Source of the DNA: Strigamia acuminata
Taxonomy: Eukaryota
Assembly: GCA_949358305.1 (NCBI GenBank)
Contig: OX442314.1
Span: 29,078,001-29,142,000, forward strand
Reading direction: 5' to 3'
Length of the DNA stretch: 64,000 nucleotides
This document shows positions 59,679 through 64,000 of the stretch, piece by piece. A program made the position numbers and the translations under genes. The stretch's first letter is position 1, and every line of letters begins with the position of its first letter. The notes beneath the pieces were generated by a model that was given only the letters and a program-made list of their open reading frames with translations, searched no databases and was not told the origin of the DNA.

Positions 59679-62444
59679 ATGAATTTTTTAATGCAAACAG
59701 CCTCTGCAATTGCTGAATTTTTACAATCCATACCTACGGCATTGTATTCAGCCATCGTTGGATTGATCAACATTTTTATCTGGACATTGACAAACATTTA
59801 CGCACAGATTGCAACCGCAACTAATTTTCTCCTAATCAATCCATTAATTGCCGGTTACCAAACTCTTATTTCCTTATCATGTAACTCGTGGATTAGAATC
59901 ATCGGATTATCCATCTTAACTGTAATATGTGTGGTAGTTGATGTTGAACGAAGATTCAAATATGTCGGCGCTGTATGCTGCGTTTTATGCTTGGCTTCAA
60001 ACACATTTGTGGATCTTCTAGTCCGAAGTTTATCATCAGTTACCGGCTGTATCCAATCCACATCAGCCACCTTGTATTCAGCCATTGTCTGGACACTGAC
60101 AAACATTTATGTTATGATTACAACTATGATGAATTTTCTCCTACTTAATCCATTAATTGCCGGTTACCAATCACTTATTTCTTTAACATTGAACACGTGG
60201 ATTAGAATCATCGGATTAACTGTCCTAACTATAGCATGTGTGGGACTTAACGACGTTAAACGTGAATTCAAATATGTCGGTGCCTTGTGCTGCATTTTAT
60301 GCTTGGCTTCAAACACATTTGTGGATCTTCTAGTCCTAAGCTTATCATCAGTTGCTGGCTGTGTTCAATCCACGCCAACTGCGTTGTATTCAGCCTTTGT
60401 CTGGTCACTTGCAAACATTTATGTTATGATTACAACTATGATGAATTTTCTCCTACTTAATCCATTAATTGCCGGTTACCAATCACTTATTTCCTTAACA
60501 TTGAACACGTGGATTAGAATCATCGGATTAACTGTCCTAACTATAGCATGTGTGGGACTTAACGACGTTAAACGTGAATTCAAATATGTCGGTGCCTTGT
60601 GCTGCATTTTATGCTTGGCTTCAAACACATTTGTGGATCTTCTAGTCCTAAGCTTATCATCAGTTGCTGGCTGTGTTCAATCCACGCCAACTGCGTTGTA
60701 TTCAGCCTTTGTCTGGTCACTTGCAAACATTTATGTTATGATTACAACTATGATGAATTTTCTCCTACTTAATCCATTAATTGCCGGTTACCAATCACTT
60801 ATTTCCTTAACATTGAACACGTGGATTAGAATCATCGGATTAACTGTCCTAACTATAGCATGTGTGGGACTTAACGACGTTAAACGTGAATTCAAATATG
60901 TCGGTGCCTTGTGCTGCATTTTATGCTTGGCTTCAAACACATTTGTGGATCTTCTAGTCCTAAGCTTATCATCAGTTGCTGGCTGTGTTCAATCCACGCC
61001 AACTGCGTTGTATTCAGCCTTTGTCTGGTCACTTGCAAACATTTATGTTATGATTACAACTATGATGAATTTTCTCCTACTTAATCCATTAATTGCCGGT
61101 TACCAATCACTTATTTCCTTAACATTGAACACGTGGATTAGAATCATCGGATTAACTGTCCTAACTATAGCATGTGTGGGACTTAACGACGTTAAACGTG
61201 AATTCAAATATGTCGGTGCCTTGTGCTGCATTTTATGCTTGGCTTCAAACACATTTGTGGATCTTCTAGTCCTAAGCTTATCATCAGTTGCTGGCTGTGT
61301 TCAATCCACGCCAACTGCGTTGTATTCAGCCTTTGTCTGGTCACTTGCAAACATTTATGTTATGATTACAACTATGATGAATTTTCTCCTACTTAATCCA
61401 TTAATTGCCGGTTACCAATCACTTATTTCCTTAACATTGAACACGTGGATTAGAATCATCGGATTAACTGTCCTAACTATAGCATGTGTGGGACTTAACG
61501 ACGTTAAACGTGAATTCAAATATGTCGGTGCCTTGTGCTGCATTTTATGCTTGGCTTCAAACACATTTGTGGATCTTCTAGTCCTAAGCTTATCATCAGT
61601 TGCTGGCTGTGTTCAATCCACGCCAACTGCGTTGTATTCAGCCTTTGTCTGGTCACTTGCAAACATTTATGTTATGATTACAACTATGATGAATTTTCTG
61701 CTACTTAATCCATTAATTGCCGATTACCAAATATTTCTTTCTTTGCCATTTAACTCTTGGATTCGAATCATCGGATTACCGGTTGATACAGTCATTGTTG
61801 GATTGAACAATGTGGTTGCATTTGTGGCATGCACGATAACGGATATATCACTATACTCTTGGATTGGATTTTCCATTGTAATTTTACCTTTGTTGTGGTT
61901 GAGGATGTACATTCACGTGTGCATGGCGTGTGGTGTTCTTTGTCTGAGCTCAAGACCATTTTTGGATATTTTGTTTTACATTTTAACGTCGATAGGTGGC
62001 GTGTTTGAATTGATAACGACCGTGTTGCATTTGATCGCCACTGGACTGATCAGTTTGTCGACAATTATTTACGGAATAATATCAACTGTTGTTTGTTGGG
62101 TATTGGTGTATCCATCGATTGGTGTTTATCAAGTGATCATGGACATACCATTGAATGTGTGGATCGGATTTCTTATCGTGGTTTCAATTTCAGTTTTAAT
62201 TTTAATGTTGGTTGAGAGAATTGCTTTTTCAGTTCGGACCGAAAGGCGGAAGAGGAAATTTAAATCTGAGAAAAACGATCAAATGTGCATCGGTTGTATG
62301 GAAGAAGTAAAAAGTATTGCACTGGATCCTTGTGGCCATATTTGTTTCTGTGTCAGATGTTGGAATACTTGGAGACGTAAGAATAATACGTGTCCGGTTT
62401 GTAGGAGAGGTGTTGTCAAAAGTCTACAAGTGTACTTGTATTAG
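59679..62444 (+). CDS. RNF26-like paralog 3 with tandemly amplified 104-aa membrane module, 921 aa
   Basis: Single open frame containing 312-bp repeats. RING CIGCMEEVKSIALDPCGHICFCVRC...CPVCR. Confidence 0.85.
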   Translation: MNFLMQTASAIAEFLQSIPTALYSAIVGLINIFIWTLTNIYAQIATATNFLLINPLIAGYQTLISLSCNSWIRIIGLSILTVICVVVDVERRFKYVGAVCCVLCLASNTFVDLLVRSLSSVTGCIQSTSATLYSAIVWTLTNIYVMITTMMNFLLLNPLIAGYQSLISLTLNTWIRIIGLTVLTIACVGLNDVKREFKYVGALCCILCLASNTFVDLLVLSLSSVAGCVQSTPTALYSAFVWSLANIYVMITTMMNFLLLNPLIAGYQSLISLTLNTWIRIIGLTVLTIACVGLNDVKREFKYVGALCCILCLASNTFVDLLVLSLSSVAGCVQSTPTALYSAFVWSLANIYVMITTMMNFLLLNPLIAGYQSLISLTLNTWIRIIGLTVLTIACVGLNDVKREFKYVGALCCILCLASNTFVDLLVLSLSSVAGCVQSTPTALYSAFVWSLANIYVMITTMMNFLLLNPLIAGYQSLISLTLNTWIRIIGLTVLTIACVGLNDVKREFKYVGALCCILCLASNTFVDLLVLSLSSVAGCVQSTPTALYSAFVWSLANIYVMITTMMNFLLLNPLIAGYQSLISLTLNTWIRIIGLTVLTIACVGLNDVKREFKYVGALCCILCLASNTFVDLLVLSLSSVAGCVQSTPTALYSAFVWSLANIYVMITTMMNFLLLNPLIADYQIFLSLPFNSWIRIIGLPVDTVIVGLNNVVAFVACTITDISLYSWIGFSIVILPLLWLRMYIHVCMACGVLCLSSRPFLDILFYILTSIGGVFELITTVLHLIATGLISLSTIIYGIISTVVCWVLVYPSIGVYQVIMDIPLNVWIGFLIVVSISVLILMLVERIAFSVRTERRKRKFKSEKNDQMCIGCMEEVKSIALDPCGHICFCVRCWNTWRRKNNTCPVCRRGVVKSLQVYLY
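60086..61720 (+). repeat. Coding VNTR, 312-bp unit, ~5.2 near-identical copies plus one diverged upstream unit
   Basis: ATGAATTTTCT anchors at 60129, 60441, 60753, 61065, 61377 and 61689. Confidence 0.97.
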
Positions 62445-62766
62445 AGAGGTTCTGCCAGGCGTTAGACGGGAACGGCTGAAGCCTGGAAAACCGAGACGAC
62501 ATCACTTTTTGTGCCGACATTATGGAGGCTGACTTGTGAGCTAAGCTTCACGTTGAGTGTGTAGGCTTTGTTGTTTGCTACGTCGTTGGAGAACATGTAA
62601 AAACAACAGCAACGGGTGGGCGGAGCTAATTCTTCAAGTTGCCGTTCAGCAAGGACAGCAAGGAGGACAGATATGTTCTTTGTTCTTTGTGATGATGATG
62701 ATAAGTAAAAATAAAAACACTTTCAAACAGTCAGGTTTACTTGTTAGTGAAGTCAAATAAGGTTTA

Positions 62767-63178
62767 CCGTATATCTTCCATTTGTCCGCGGGTCTCTAAT
62801 TCCCCGCGGACCTCGATTAACACACGGGGATAAAATCGGCTATGTCAATAGCGCGCGGACCTCGAACAACGCGCGGGGGCAAAACGTTTTGCATACGTTT
62901 CGGCAGAAAAGTACCGAAATGGATGAAAACGTTTCATTTATCAGACGTTTTGGCAGAAAAGTACCGAAACGTATGGAAAACGTTTCATTTGTCACCCTTT
63001 TTTGCTGTTTTACGTTCATATACGTTCAAAAAACCCAGCATCGGCCAATTGGCCAATGATGGGTTTTTGAACGTGTAAATAAGCCGCTCCCTCGGTTACT
63101 GCGCGGGCCTAGATTAGCTCGCAGGGCAAATTTTTTTGGTGCATATAGCGCACGGGGGCGCTAATGGAAGATGTACAT
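62767..63178. mobile_element. pogo-like MITE with internal hairpin
   Basis: CCGTATATCTTCCATT...AATGGAAGATGTAC imperfect TIRs. Internal palindrome at 63020-63078. Confidence 0.65.
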
Positions 63179-63599
63179 AGTACATTCCATGTAATCTTGT
63201 GATGTTAAGAGCTGAGAGAATTATTTTGTAATTAATGAATGCAATTTATTTTTATTTGATTGTATTTCAATTGCGTTATTTGTGTTTCTTATCGGACACC
63301 AAAAATAGTCATCCACCATCAGCAAAAACAAAAATGCACAACTTGTTGTGTTTTGAAGTGGTTGGTGTGTTCTGTGCTTGGGATTGTATGGATGTAGTTG
63401 GATTTAGAAAATGACGGAACCTCGAAGTGACCAGTCCGTGGCATGGTATTTGCATGAATGCTTTATTAACATAAAAGTGCAGGTGGCGCTGTACGCGATC
63501 TCGTAATGTCACGAGAACGCGACGTGCATGACGTGCGTCACAATTAAAGAAGTAAACAAACGAAAGAATTGGAGTGACGAACACTCCAGTATCCCCTCA

Positions 63600-64000
63600 A
63601 TTGCGAACAGGGCAATTAAAAGAGAGCAATTAAAACAAACATTTGTACAGTGAACATTTAGCATTGAATAGAAAACAATTGAATTAGAAAGGGAAAAAGA
63701 AGCATTGGAATTTGAATTGAAGCACTTGAATAGGAATTGAAACACTGAAATTGAAGCATAGAATTTAAATAGCACATTGAATTGAATAACAAATAGTATT
63801 TGAACACATTGTGATTGAACATAATCACAGTAAAATTGAACATATGAATTGTAATTGAACATAAATTATTACACTGGAATTGTACGAATTTTTAAACATA
63901 ATGCAAATGGTTGCATGAATTTGTGTTACACTTTGTAATACACTTGAAATAAGTTGCATAGAACATTGAAACAAGAATTGAAATATTAGCATTGAACATT
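63600..64000. repeat. Degenerate (ATTGAA)-rich array
   Basis: ATTGAA recurs many times to the window end. Confidence 0.7.

Noticed and set aside
59820..61720. Long regular repeats as a CRISPR array
   Set aside because: The units are contiguous and in-frame with no unique spacers. The context is eukaryotic with no cas genes. The same applies to all the minisatellites.

Overview
AT-rich, intron-containing invertebrate genomic DNA. It is probably an arthropod, but the taxon cannot be fixed from this window. In order: (1) 0-24 kb is a tandem array of four intact six-exon compact DEG/ENaC (ASIC/pickpocket-type) channel genes, with the 3' flank of a fifth at the window start, interleaved with MITEs and LTR-retrotransposon remnants. 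(2) 25-30 kb holds two tandem EndoG-like genes with degenerate catalytic motifs and oppositely charged low-complexity inserts. (3) 30-46 kb is a gene-poor regulatory domain with a tRNA-Gln and a hairy/HES bHLH-Orange-WRPW gene; unique enhancer-like blocks alternate with helically phased A/T-tract minisatellites. (4) 49-54 kb holds eEFSec and a CDT1-like gene that stops after the central (geminin-binding) domain. (5) 54.7-62.4 kb holds three intronless RNF26-like TM-RING E3 ligases, the last expanded by 312-bp near-identical in-frame repeats. Exon models were built by eye from GT-AG sites, frame continuity and paralog comparison. Homology calls are from recognised motifs, not database searches.
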